From the NCBI GenBank assembly GCA_000165425.1, contig CT868263.1, positions 62,001 to 126,000 on the forward strand: a stretch of 64,000 nt of DNA. The letters are read 5' to 3'. Numbering within the stretch: the first letter of the stretch is position 1; the number at the start of each line of letters is the position of its first letter. The notes beneath the pieces were generated by a model, which was not told the DNA's origin, searched no databases, and was given only the letters and a program-made list of their open reading frames with translations. The position numbers and the translations under genes are program-made. Origin of the DNA: Paramecium tetraurelia (taxonomy: Eukaryota). This document shows positions 12,996-26,400 of this stretch, one piece after another.

Positions 12996-14413
12996 TCATT
13001 ATTCTTCATCATTATCATCTGGATATTGTTCTTCATCTTAGAATTCCTCTTCGTTTTATTTGTTTTATTCTTAATTTTCATCTTGTTATTTACCTTAATC
13101 TTATGAAGGAGTCTAATTATCATCCTCATACTCATCATAATCCTAATCATTATTGTAGTTCTCTTATTCATCATCATCTTGCTATTGATTTTCTTTATAA
13201 GATTCTTCCATCTGCTATTGATCTTTAGGACTAGAGATGCTATCAGATTACTAATTTTATTATAGATCCTAATTTGTATTCAATTTACTGGAACTTTTCC
13301 TTTGAGTACCCAAATTAGTATTTTACTTTTTAATCTGTTAAAATTTATTTTTTTTGGTTTTACTAGCTTCTGTATCAAATTTAGATGAATTCTCTTTGGT
13401 ATATGTTCTATCAGAAAGTTAAGTATTGAAATGAGTTTAGTTATTTTTCTTGTTTAACCTTTCAGTTGTTTATTATTGATCTTTGAAAGAAGGCTTCAAT
13501 AATTTTTAAAGTAGATTCAATTTATCCACATTTCTAGCTAAATCACACATTAATATACTTTTGATTTAATATGGAGGGTATCTATGCATAAGGACTAGTG
13601 AAAATGACTTTTTTGATCTTGGATTAATCTAAAGGCTGTTTGATAAAAGCTTGATTTGATGCAGAATTAGTATAGTCTCGTATGGATATCTTTTGAGCTA
13701 AATCAAGATCATCTTTAAGTGCTTAGAATCTAAATTAAGAGAATGATAATTTTCTATATTCAAATGACTTCATACTTTAATAACTATTATTCTTCTTCGA
13801 TTTTTTACTAATACTCTTATTACTATAAATCAAATTTAGCTGAAAGTTCTGCTTTCTTTTTTATTTAAGAATTTCTAACATTTTCAATTTTTTCAATTCG
13901 TTGCATATCTAATTTTTATTTCATTCTAAATTTCTCCTCTTATATCTACAAGACTATGCAAGGCTTAAATTTACCTTTTAGAACCGCTACTATTTAAGTT
14001 AAAGCTCTTCATTTTAACTATGTTTATATTGCAATTGATAGAGCATTTATCGTTCTTTCATTACTTCTTATTCAAGTCGTTTTTCCTCATCTATGTCTCT
14101 TTTTCTTCTCATGGAATCTTCCTCTTGTAATTTTTTCAATAACTTAATTTTACTGTTCCTGTTTTCTTATTCTTCGTTCAGATTTTCAATTCTTCTACTA
14201 TGCTAGGTAAATAAATACAGATTATACATCAGACTAATCCTTGAATGTATTCTTTTTAGTTTCTAAAATTTTATTAACCTTGAATTCAATGATGTGATTG
14301 TTAGATTCTTATAATTATAATTACTATTTTAATTAAGAAATCCTAGAATCAATCAACCCTAACTCCTATTATTTCTAAATCAGAGATCTTGTCTATTATG
14401 ATATTGATTTCAT
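12996..14413 (-). CDS. Hypothetical coiled-coil protein with acidic C-terminal tail
   Basis: Long Q/E/K-rich code-6 frame from MKSISQQTRSL to a D/E-rich end (DDNDEEQ*), with short introns. Confidence 0.7.
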
Positions 14414-14830
14414 TGAAATAAAAAAAATATATTAATTATTATTTTTTCATCCTGTCAATAAAGTCAGAAAGTCTTAAATTAACATCAGTAAATGTTTTCG
14501 ATATTATCCTCTTAAATTGCCATCAATTGACTTCTTAAGTCTTAATTACTTTTTATTATAGCACTCATATAAATTTCACATTCCCTTAATATCTATGATT
14601 ATAATGCAATCTTCAGTCATAAAGTTAACTCAAATCTATCATTTATTTAAACTAGTTGTCTAACTTAAGAATACATCATCAAAATAATTGCAATTAGATT
14701 TGGTCATTTATCTCAACCAGAGAAATGCCTTTAAATTTTGGATTAAAACCTCTGAAATAATTAGTAAACTTAGTGCTTGACTATCTAATACTCTAAAAGC
14801 CATTCTTCATCTCAATAATATTAATTATAT

Positions 14831-14844
14831 TAAACCCATAAAAT
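14831..14844 (+). promoter_or_regulatory. Ciliate snRNA upstream sequence element (USE/PSE-like)
   Basis: TAAACCCATAAAAT lies about 50-63 nt upstream of the U1 5' end. It resembles the CCCATAAA-containing element upstream of Tetrahymena snRNA genes (recalled, not searched). Confidence 0.7.
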
Positions 14845-14893
14845 AACATTTTTATTATAAATATATAAGTAAATTTTTAACTTCCTTTAATTC

Positions 14894-15045
14894 ACTTACC
14901 TGGCGAGCACTGCTGATGATCATGCAGATTAGCAGTGTGGGGTTAAGCTGGCCATCGCACAACCGGCGTCAGTGAGGCTCCAAAACTTTCCGTTTGGAAA
15001 GGCTTTATCGCTCAATTTCTGCTAGTGAGGGGAAACCCTCGCACC
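14894..15045 (+). ncRNA. U1: U1 spliceosomal snRNA
   Basis: GC-rich island starting ACTTACCTGG. Stem I CACTGCTGAT/ATTAGCAGTG with 10-nt loop GATCATGCAG; stem II loop contains ATCGCAC; stem III CTTTCC-GTTT-GGAAAG; helix H GGCGA/TCGCT; Sm site AATTTCTG at 15014-15021; stem IV GTGAGGG-GAAA-CCCTCGC. Confidence 0.96.
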
Positions 15046-15243
15046 TTCCTTTTAAATTAAACAAACGAAATTATATATAAATATAACATAAAATGAATGA
15101 AGAATCTATTCTTAAATCTGTCATCTTAATATTTATTTGATCTGATATGCTTTGGGTTAATCAAATAATCTTATTGAGAACACTTTTTTTTTAATTGAAA
15201 AATATATGTCTTCAACTGAAATATAAATATTTATTTAATTTAA

Positions 15244-18200
15244 ATGGACCATTAAAGTATGATTAATGAAATTCAGCAATGCTTTTAATCTTCAGAAGCT
15301 TATGCAAAAGTAAAAAAATACAAAGACACATTCCGTGAATAACAAAGGTATTTTGTATTTTTATTTGAGTCAAATATCGCCAATTATTTGTGAGGCAATA
15401 TGTGCAACGATGACTGAAGGCACTCCAATGAGCAAATTACTAGCCTTGAGAGTATAACATTATCCTCTAATTCTAGCTTTGTAAAGAGATGATGGATTTA
15501 AAATCAGATACATTTAGCAAACAAGTCAATGATAAAATTCTTTCGAAAATGAAATAAATTGCAATATTTAAAAAACATGATCAAAGCGATATCAGAGGTA
15601 AATATTTATTCTCTGACAATCCATGTATATATTTATTAATAAGCAAGCCAAGGAAATAGCATCAATTGGAAATAGCTTAATGAAATTATGTCTAGATTGC
15701 ATTAAAGTTTGGGCATTTTGGTATCCTTAGAGCAATTTCAAAGTTGTCTATGATGATTTAATTACATAAGGAGTTGCATTTCCAGTAAAATACACTTACT
15801 TCAAAGAATACAATGACAATCCATCATCTTTGAATTAATCATTTATTCTATCTTCTCACTCATCTAAAGAATAGCCATTAAAATAATCAATACCTAATTA
15901 AAAAACCTATTAAGATGGACAATAATTGTTATAACAAATTAACGTTTAAATTGAAAATCTAGTTAAAATAGTATAAGATTAAGAATCGAATGAGACTATC
16001 AATAACCTAAATCAAATACTCAAAAATAATTTAGAACAATACAATGGATAAATAGAATAGGTTTTAATCCAGATTATTGATTCTGGTGAAGAGAATTTAA
16101 TTAATGATTTAATTTCTAAATAGGAAATGGTTCGTGAAATCAAACAAGATTACGATGATTATCTGATAAAAAAACTTGATTGGAATAAACTTAATTAAAA
16201 ATTCAGAAGATTCACTTAATCACCTATAACTCCTGAACCCGCTTAAGCAATCATACCTACATAATAAAAATAGCAATAGAATCAATAATAAATCTAATCT
16301 ATTAAATAACCTGTAACCACAAAAGCAGATCAAACTCTATCTGTCATTCGAGAAGAAACTGTTTAGGATGCCGATCAAATAGATAAATCAAATATTCTAT
16401 AGGAGGACAATAAAGTAATAATAATTCAGAATATTAGATATCAATGAAATATTAGTCTCTAGTATTAAATTAGACTGAAAATATTAAACCAGGTGCTTAA
16501 ACCCTTCAATCAGAATTACATAAAAAAGATAAATTACAATAAGATAATAAAAAATAGATCCATAAATCTTTATCTGTAGAAGTCAATGATGATATTAATT
16601 TAAATGAATTTTAAGCTAAAATAAATAAATAAACTGACTATGCTAGTACTAAATAAACGAAATAAACATCATAGCCCCTTACTAAAAGTATTGAATAATA
16701 GTCTCCAAAAGCAATAGTTAATTAAGTATTAAGTAACGTATAAGCAAACCAATAAAATTTAAATTCAACCCTACTCTATAGCACAATTAATAATCAGTTG
16801 TAAACCAATCAAAAAGAGCAATAATAAAATTAAGAAGAAAAAGAATTGAATAATTAAAAAAATAATTTTAATAATAAGGAATAATAAAAAGATCAAATAT
16901 AGTAAAATGAGAAGGAAATAATTGAATAATAATAAAAGTAGTAGTAATAGTAGTTAGAATAATAATAGTAGTAATAATAATAATAGTAATAATAACAATA
17001 ATAATAGTAATAGTAACAGTAATAATAACAACAATAATAACAGTAATAATAACAACAATAATAACAATAATAATAATAATAGTAATAATAACAACAATAA
17101 TAATTATAATAACAACAATAATAATAATAATAATAACAACAACAACAACAACCATAATAGTAATAATAACAACTATTGCAATAATAGTAATAGTAATAAT
17201 ATTTTAATTCGAATGCAAAAAAAAATAATTTTGATGAATAAGTTAGTCAGTTGAAATAAGGATTAAAAATAGAAGGATTTGATTAAATTTATAGCTTTTC
17301 TTAAAGATAATCAAACCTGAATGAAAAAAAAAATATGAATTTAAAGTAAATTGATACTTAAGTCAAATTAGAAGGTTAGATTAATTAAATTTAGGACACT
17401 TATATTAAGTAAAAGCAAATGTAAAATTTCAAATAGGACTAAGCAAATAACAGTTCAAGGATTTCTTAGCCTTCATTAAGTTTAAGTTAGGTATCGTAAA
17501 GAAAACTAGAACACTCTTAATAATAGCATCGAAGCTCATCATAAAAACGAGAAAATTATAGTGTGAATGACAAAATAGAGTTGGAACTTTTAAAGGAGGA
17601 AAATCAAAAATTGAAATAATAAGTGAATTAGATTATTGAAAAATATGAAATCAAATAACAATAATATTCCTAAGAATTATAAGACAAAATTAACGAGATT
17701 TCTAGCTTAAAATAGGTAGTCTATGCTAAGACTGATAAAATAGATAGTAATAATTAGTTGATGAAATAATTATAAGATTTCTAAAAACTTTAATTGGATT
17801 ACTAAACTCTTGACTACAAACACAACCAATTATAAAAACAATATGACAATCTGAATGAATAACATGAACAAATTTAGAAAGAAATGTAATTAAAATCAAA
17901 ATAAATTGCATTATAAAATAAAGAAATTTATGAATTAAAACAAATTAAATAATAAGAGTTGGAAATTAAGAAGAGAAGTGAATCTGTAGGTTAATACTCA
18001 AAAACTGCTTAGCAATTTCATCCATAGAATTCGATTCTTAGATAAAGTATCTGTGACGAGCCTATTTTGACAGAAAGCCAGAAAAGGATTATTTTTCCAT
18101 TCACAAATCCATTTGAATACTATAGGGACCGTTTGAAGAATAATTAGAAAGGTCAGGTCTCTTCAGCTTATTCTGAATGGAAAAACTTAAATTTAGACAA

Positions 18201-18918
18201 TTAAAATATCGAAAATTTAAAATAATCAATTTTATCTAATTAATCAATACTTTTTGCATGCAAATAATTAGAAATTGGATGTAAACTAGATAAATTGAAT
18301 GAAAGAAAAATGATATTGCATCTTTTTTTTTTGAATTCCAATAAGCTTTCTGGTTATAAAATGGATTTAAATTTTTAATTTGTTAATGAAATATCAACTG
18401 GAATTCTAAAGAGATAATCAATATAATTATATTAGGATTCTTCTGAAGATTTAGTAATTGAATTCAATATTAATTAATTGCCTTTTTCTATTTCTTCTGT
18501 AAACATAAAGCTTTAAACAACAAAGACAATCAATTATATATGTTATTTGCCAATTTCGTTGTTTAGTTGCTTTCAATTTTTTAATTTATCTTTAAAAGAA
18601 TATCAATCATATTGGCAAATAGCAAAAAACTGTGTGATCAGAAGCCAAGAATTCGAATACAATTTCAATTACGTAAGCAATGTGTTCAGAAAGAACATTG
18701 TAGTGATAGAATTAAATAGCCATAAAAAAAAGGAGTTTTTTGCTGGGATTGATGAAATAAAATATGGATCCATCATATAGTGTGAAAACTCAAATTATTT
18801 GGTAAGATACATATTATAGCCAAATAATAAAATGCTAATTTAGATATGCCACTTGAATGGAAGATAGAACATATCAGATTCTATCTTAAACATTTTAGTT
18901 TTTCTACTTTCTAGTTGA
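15244..18918 (+). CDS. VHS + GAT-like + polyQ hinge + alpha-adaptin-appendage-like protein, ~1190 aa
   Basis: Four introns (22, 25, 23, 23 nt) give a consistent frame to TGA 18916. VHS-like KLLALRLCKEMM...CLDCIKVWAFWYP..FKVVYDDLITQGVAFP; ear-like LKQSILSNQSILFACKQLEIGCK and LPISLFSCFQFFNLSLKEYQSYWQ. Confidence 0.8.
16927..17199 (+). repeat. Coding polyglutamine tract (TAA/TAG/CAA/CAG), ~90 codons
   Basis: In frame with the 15244-18918 gene. Nearly all codons are Gln under code 6. Confidence 0.9.
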
Positions 18919-18970
18919 AATAGATATCATAATATATTAATTCAAATTATAATTAATTCTTAATCTTAAA

Positions 18971-20002
18971 ATGCAAAAATATATATCAATAATCTCTAAG
19001 ACTCAAAAAGAAGATGATGATTTACAAAATTCCATAAATGAGGCATAATAGATCGTTTAGATAATCGTAATTTTCTAATCCATAGAGAAATCGCCTTAAA
19101 GAAATGAAGAGGGTGAATAATATGATATGTTGTAAACTTCAAAGTTTTGGATTAGTTAGGGAAACAGTATTAAAAGACTGTTTGGCTTATAGTAGTAAAA
19201 TCAATGCTACACAAAATAAACATTGCCCTCTAAATTTTGATAAAGCAATGATTTGAGGTTGCCAAATTTAATAAAAGAGAATATGAGAAGTTCTAAAAGG
19301 AGGAGGGAAAATGATGGGCTGTGCAATATTATGATTAAGAAGAATAGTATAAATTTTAAAAAGCTGAAAATGTAATTCTTAGACTTAAACAATTTCAGTA
19401 AATAAGTAAAGTTTCCATAGTTATGATTGGGAAATGGAAAAGATCACTACCTTGAAATGACTGATTATTAAGAGCAAATAAAACTGTTATCCAAACCTTA
19501 ATAACCATTGAGCAATTACTTGGTTATAAAATCAAAAATAATTTTGAAAACAATATAAAATTGAACAAAGAGTGTAAAAATACGTTATAAGGCTAATCAA
19601 ATCAAATTTTAAGACATAATTAAAATTAAGATTAAAGTTACCAATTCAGTCAATTATGATTTATTGTGAAGCTAGTAATCCAACCTATCCGTCTATAAAA
19701 TGTGTTTATTGCATAATTATGAAGATGTTAGAGCAGTTTAATCTAAAAGGGTTGATTATGAAATACATCTCTAATCTCTTTCAAATATTATTTTATAGAA
19801 AGATTAAATTATTAATGAGGAAGGAAGTGCAACTTCAAAAAAAGATGATGCTGCAGTTTTGATTTTCTATAATATTAAGAATTTGAGTATTAAAGAAGAT
19901 GTCAATAATTTTAACAAAAAGTAGAGTGATTAGTCACAAAAGTTATCGGTCGGATAAATTGTAAATTTGAAGGGTCTTCGAGAGTAAGGGTTTCTAAAAT
20001 GA
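18971..20002 (+). pseudogene. Possible decayed gene
   Basis: ATG 18971 and TGA 20000 are in the same frame, interrupted by TGA at 19238, 19424, 19562 and 19667. The last ~110 codons look coding. Confidence 0.35.
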
Positions 20003-20041
20003 TTATTAATTCTAATTATATTATTATCGTATTATATTATT

Positions 20042-21135
20042 ATGAGAGACACTGCATTTAGTTCATCACCATTTGAAAAACCAAACAAATTAACTAGTGG
20101 TTTATTTAGAGATTGTCAGAGGTTTATACCTAGACGTAAGTTTACTGAAGAAAATCAAGAAAATGCAACTGTATTTGCAAAATTAAGAAGGGCTGGTTTA
20201 GAAAAGAAAAAGGCTCTTAAATATTGTTAAGCCTAGCATTGCAAATTGGATGCTACTTAAGGTGACTTTGGCCCACCTGGTTTCAAAATATTCAAATAAA
20301 ATTATGATCCAATAAAACAATATAAAGGATGGTAATTAGATGGGAAAATCAAATTAAAAGATTAATGTGAATATGAAAGAATAAGTAAAGATATTAATTT
20401 AGGCTTGAGATAATAACCCAATGAAGATTTGTACTAATTGTATAATAGACTAGCAGAGACTCATCGTAACACAGAAGAAAGATGCAATTTTACTGATCTT
20501 TCAAGATAAGAGTTAATAATGAAATTGAGATCATTGACAAGAGATGACAATAGGAAATACAACACTCCAATTTACTAATTGAGAAGACATAATGAAATTT
20601 ATTATGAATTAGCAGATTATTTTGAAAAATAATAGCCTCCTTAAATTAAATCTTTAGTTACAGAATTAGAAGCGTTTGATGACATTGTTCCTAGAAAATA
20701 ATTAAAGTAATTTTATTTGGAATAAAAATCTACTGGAAACAAAAAAAAGAACTTAGGTCAAGAGGTTAGTGAGAAAATGTAACGACGTTCAAGAATTCTC
20801 ATGGAGTTGACTGCCTTATTTTCTCCTGTAAAGTCTGATAGTTTGGTATCAAATTAAATAATTTATATAAGAATAGAAGATCTTTCTTTACTAAATAGGA
20901 TTAAATGTGGTAAGTTCAGAATGATTCAGCAATTACGAGTCTATTAGATATGGATGAATGCAATATTAGTAGAAATGCTGAAAGAAATAGCATTTTCTTC
21001 TATCGTTTTGCCAAAGTCAAATAATCAGAGGAACAAGAAAAAATAAATCAATTCTAAGACTCTTTAAAGAAAGTAATTAAAAAAAATATTGAAAACATCA
21101 ATTACTCCAAAAAAAAAAATAGATTCTTCGATTGA
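20042..21135 (+). CDS. Hypothetical protein
   Basis: MRDTAFSSSPFEKPNK... continues under code 6. One intron at about 20846-20871; ends KKKNRFFD*. Confidence 0.75.
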
Positions 21136-21240
21136 CTTTTATATTTCATATAATGTTCTATTTAAATTTCAATCATCTGTATTTTAATCATTGCTTTCCA
21201 AATTAGAATGTAAGTATATTAAAATATTATATTATTTTTG

Positions 21241-23300
21241 ATGAATAAATATAGGGTAAGTACTCATCCTTTATTAAATTAATTTTAATGGAAAATATCA
21301 AAAAGACTTGAATAAAATATTGACTTATCCAAATATTCAAACTAGTTTTGTACATTATTGAGATGTAATAATGAGGAGCTGGATTTCAAAATTCCCTAAC
21401 TTATTGGAATTATCAAATTGGGCTAATTATCTCGATTGGCAGTATTAGAATTTAAACTTCTGATGCAATAATCTATTATTGAAGCTTAAATAAATGGATC
21501 ATTTTAAAATGATCTTGATTTCATTCGAGATATCATAATTTTTATTGAATTGAATTATTTGTAATCTGAGGATGAGAAATTCTTACCAGAGTCTATACCA
21601 TCTTCGCTCTCTCCTTTGAAAGCTAAACTAATGACAACTAAATGCTCATATTAAAAGGATGGTTGGAGAAAGATTAATATTTGATCTCGTATATATATAT
21701 AATACATTCCATATTAAAACAACTATTCTATTAATTAGCAATTTGGCTACTGAATCTGGATGCCTATATATCAATAATTAATCAAATGGGAAGCGGATAA
21801 TCTATTATATAAAGATCATTACTAAATTGTTGAAAATTTCTAATAGAAGACATTGAACTATATTCAGATATGAAATTGTTGAACACCTTAGGAGATTCTG
21901 ACATAAATTTTTATTGTGATGATGAAAAAGAGGGTAAATTGAGTATAGAATAGATTTTTAGATAGAAAATGATAAAAATTATTTGGAGATGTATTCCACT
22001 TTAAATTATATAATCTGAGGATGTCTTACTCAAAATATTGTCTACAAATCTAATAAAATATAGATAATTCGAAAATTATAAATTAGATTCAGATTTTGTC
22101 AGAAACTTTAGATTTAATGAATTTTAATAAGTTGAAGTTGAAATATGATTGATATGAATATTGATGCTGCAAATTTATAATGGATTGGAAGTAGTGGCTT
22201 TTAATTTTCAGATTAACTTAAAGATATTATCTAATTGATTAAAAAAGATTCATAAGAGTTAATGAATAATTACTATTTTTAATCAAATGGTGATTTATTA
22301 GAATTTTTTAAAATGGAAAAAGGATAACATTTTACTTAAATCTTCCATACCTTAATGGATTTGCGAAAATTATTTTTTTAGCCATTTCTTTGAATTTTAT
22401 GAAGAAAAATAAAAGAGAATTTCAAATTGCATTCGAAAGTTGAATAATAATTATAGAGAAATACTCCTATTAAGATACCAGGCCTGATGTAAATGTGTAT
22501 TGAACAAGATTATTAATTACCACTTAATTCAAACCATTTTTAATACGATGATTACTTATATTAAAATATGGAAAAAATCTTAAATAAAATGATAAATTGG
22601 TTAAAAGGAGAAAGTAGTTTAGTAATATAATTTTAATAAATGAAACCACTTAATAAGGAGGAAGTGCTGTAATTAATTATTAAGATACTCCTAATTTATA
22701 TATTTGAGGAAAATTAATAATAAGTTTAAGGAAAATGAAAAATTGAACTTTAAAGTATGTTTATTAGCATCCAGAATCAAATATTATGAGTGAATAAATA
22801 AGAGGATAGGATATTAAGAATATGTAAAAAATTAATTTAATCAAGAATTGAATTTTATCTAATATTGATTATTGATTATAGAGATCAAAATGTTTAATCT
22901 AGAAACAGGGGAATGAATTCTATCTCAAATAAGTTACTTGACTATTTCAGCTTTACTAAGCCAGTCTATGAAATTTTTGCATAGAAATCATTAATTTTCT
23001 CGAAAATTCAAAATTTAAAGATAAATCATTAGCAAATGGTGCTTTTTAAAATGCCAATATTATTAGAAATTCGTAGTCACAGTATTGCTATCTTTCAATA
23101 AATGAAAAAAAAAATAATATAACCTTTTTGTACTTCATTACAATTAACAATATATAGACAATATATAAAAATTTATTACTATTAAGTCTTTATTATTGAA
23201 ATTCATTTACATGAATTACAAATATATTATAAAAGAATGATGATAATTTAGAAATTTTAAATGATAAAATATAATGCTAACTATCACTATAAATATTATT
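21241..23300 (+). pseudogene. Possible decayed gene (boundaries approximate)
   Basis: Coding-like stretches of ~100 codons (LDFKIPQLIGIIKLGQLSRLAVLEF...) are broken by TGA codons and frame changes that I could not repair with GT-AG introns. Confidence 0.35.
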
Positions 23301-23422
23301 ACATGACTGCAAAATTCAAATTCTGATTTTATCTACAACGCTTGCGAAATATAATTATAAAGTTAAGGACTTTATGAAATTAAACACAAATTCTTTTTTT
23401 ATTTTATTATTAAAGAATAAAC

Positions 23423-26400
23423 ATGAAATAAAACATTCAAAAACCCAAGTTTAGTCAGGTCATAATGAATTAATATTTTAAAGAGAAAGCAGAGCTTGAT
23501 AATTCTTTTAAGTAAATTTAAAAAAGCATTCTTCAAAAATTTGAGGAAAAATTAAATGCCAAAAACATTTTTTTATTGTACTTTTAAACTTTAACTAATC
23601 TAAATGAATATCGATATATGGGATAAACATTACATGTAGAAGATGAAATAAGGGAGTATTTATAAAGTCTGCCTCTTCATACCTTTTTCCCTTAAAGGAT
23701 TTGGGATTTTAGTTTTACAAGTAAAATACGTTATTAATTTAGAATAATTTCTATAAAAGTTTTAATCTCTCAAAGAAGATGAAGTAATTAGAGTTGTTTT
23801 TTTAATTAGGAGCATACTTTAAGGAAGATTTAATAAATAAAATTATTAATGGATTAATGTGAATCAGATCTAGGTTGGTAGTATCAAATTTCCATTTTAA
23901 CATGACTTTGAATTAGACTTTGCTGTTGAAGGCCGAATTACAATGATGTTTTAAGTGTTTCCCAAAAAATATCCTCTTATGGATAATTCAGATCATCCAA
24001 CTTAATTTGATTTTGTTCATGAATTGATATTTGTCGAGTTGAATGAAGGTACGCATTAGAAAAACCCATAACCATATGAAAAATACCTTAAAGCTCAATA
24101 AAGCAAACCAAACTTTTTTACCGATATGAAATTTATTTAAGAAAATGGAGATAAAAAAAAAATTAAGTACTTAAGGGTTGGGGAAGCCAGTGAAAATCAA
24201 TGCTTATTGTTGGGACCAAGAATATTTAGACCGTTATTATGTTAGGGGAGATAATTTAATTATAATTATAAGTTAAACCTATGGATGACGATAGAAGATG
24301 AAGAAAAATATTATAAGAAATTAAAATAGATAGAAGAAATAAGATAAAATAATTAGATTATAAGAAATTATTGTTTTTTGCCTTCTTCATAATAATTATT
24401 AACAATCATAAAAAACATCCCAAATTTTAGAGTAAAATTAACTGAAGAGTAAAAAAATGTGATTTCATATGGAGGGGATGCTTTAGTAATTGGTAGAAGT
24501 GGAACAGGTAAGACAACATGTGCACTTTTAAAATTATTCTCTACAGACATTTTGTACAAATTGAGAATCAAATTAAATTAGATAAAATCATCATCTACAG
24601 ATATTATATTATCTTAATAAGATTAAAATTCTTAATTAAAGACAATCTTTGTAACTGCAAGTCCATTATTGGCCTGTTAAGTCAAAAGATTATATGATTA
24701 ATTAGTCAATAATATCCAAAATGCAATTAATACTAAAAGACAGAGGACAAAATAGGATTAATAAATGAATCCTTAATCCTAAAATATTGATTTAGAATAG
24801 AGTACTTTCTAAATAATTGAAGCACTTTAATAAAATGATGAAGATATTGATGGTAATAATCAATAAGAAACTTAGAACGATAATGAAATAGAAGATGAGG
24901 AGATCAATGAGTTTGAAAAAGAGATGGGAAAATTTAATAAATTTAGTGAAATTCAATAATTCCCAGTTTTCTTAACACTACGTAAATTATTGGCTCTTAT
25001 TGATTCCTCCCTTCTCCATTCTTTTTTTAAGGTCTTTGGGGGATATTAAAATAAATTATCTTAATGGCATAATGAATCTTCTGGTCTTATGACACTGGAT
25101 AAAAACTAAACTGCTTAGCCATTTAATGAAGATCTTCTATATAAACATATTAGTCTAATTGACAATCAAGAATTTATTGAAACCAATTTACAAGAAGTCA
25201 CATTGGAGGTTTTCGAGAGAGTGTTTTGGCCTAAGATAGTAAAAGATTTGAAGTAGGAATATTATGATGTATCAACTTTTGATCCAACTTTGGTTTGGAG
25301 TGAAATTTGCACAAAAATCAAGGGTCATGAAACCTCACATGAATATCCCGATAAATACATGAATTTTGAAAATTATTCTTATTATCATAGAGTATTATCA
25401 GAGGTATAGACAAAATTACTTTATAAAGCATTTGAGACTTATGAGAGATTAAGACAAAGTTATGGATATTATGATTTGTTAGATATAGTAAATCATATTA
25501 ACTATGAATTATCTTAAGGGAATGATGTGATTGAGAGTGTTCATTATTTAATGTTGGATGAACTTCAAGATGTTCCAAGAGCTGTTCTGGTTTTATTGGA
25601 TAGAATGGCAGAATTTGGTTTATTTTGTTGTGGGGACAATGCTTAGAACATAGCCAAAGGAATAGGGTTTAAGTTTTTTGAAGTATAAGATTGCATCCTA
25701 AATTACAGAGGTAATCAAAGGAGAAGATAATCAAATCTAACATTATTTGATTTAAATATTAATTTTAGATCGCACAATTAAATTCTTTAGATTGGCCAAC
25801 TCCGTTATCAGAGTCTTAGAGATTTGTTTCCCATACAAAATTGATAGATTAAAGAAGGAAACATCTGATTTAACTGGACCAAGACCTGTTGTCTTATAAA
25901 CAGACTCACCATAAGACCTGTTGTCTTACATTTAAGAATTTTTCACAAATGACCGCAAAACAGTTGAGTTTGGATGTAATTAAGCTATCATCGTTAAGGA
26001 TCAAGAATCAAAGGAAAAATTACCTTAAGAACTGTAAAATGCCTTGGTTCTTACTATTTATGAAGCAAAAGGATTAGAATTTGATGATGTAATTCTGTAT
26101 AACTTCTTTAATGATTGCACTACTTCTGTAGATGATTGGAAAATCTTGAATGAATTCGAGGTTAATTCAGTCTATATGTCTGAGGAAGGATTTAAAAATT
26201 TCTAAACAGGTATTCTATATTAAATATTTATAGTCCATCAATCTGAAATTGTAACATCTGATTACAATGCTTAGAACAAATTGATCGAAATTAAATAGCT
26301 TAAGTTAAAAGAAAGGGACTAAAAAAAAGCAAAATCCTAGGATGCCTTTTCGGAATATATTTCTTTATGTTAAGACTTGAAATAACTGTATGTGGCTATA

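Noticed and set aside
16868..17155. ORF-track poly-Ile/Val 'membrane protein' on the minus strand
   Set aside because: It is the antisense reading of the polyQ tract of the plus-strand gene.
18971..20002. Selenoprotein or TGA read-through interpretation of four in-frame TGAs
   Set aside because: Several TGAs per 340 codons are expected by chance at this AT content. No redox motif or SECIS-like hairpin was seen.
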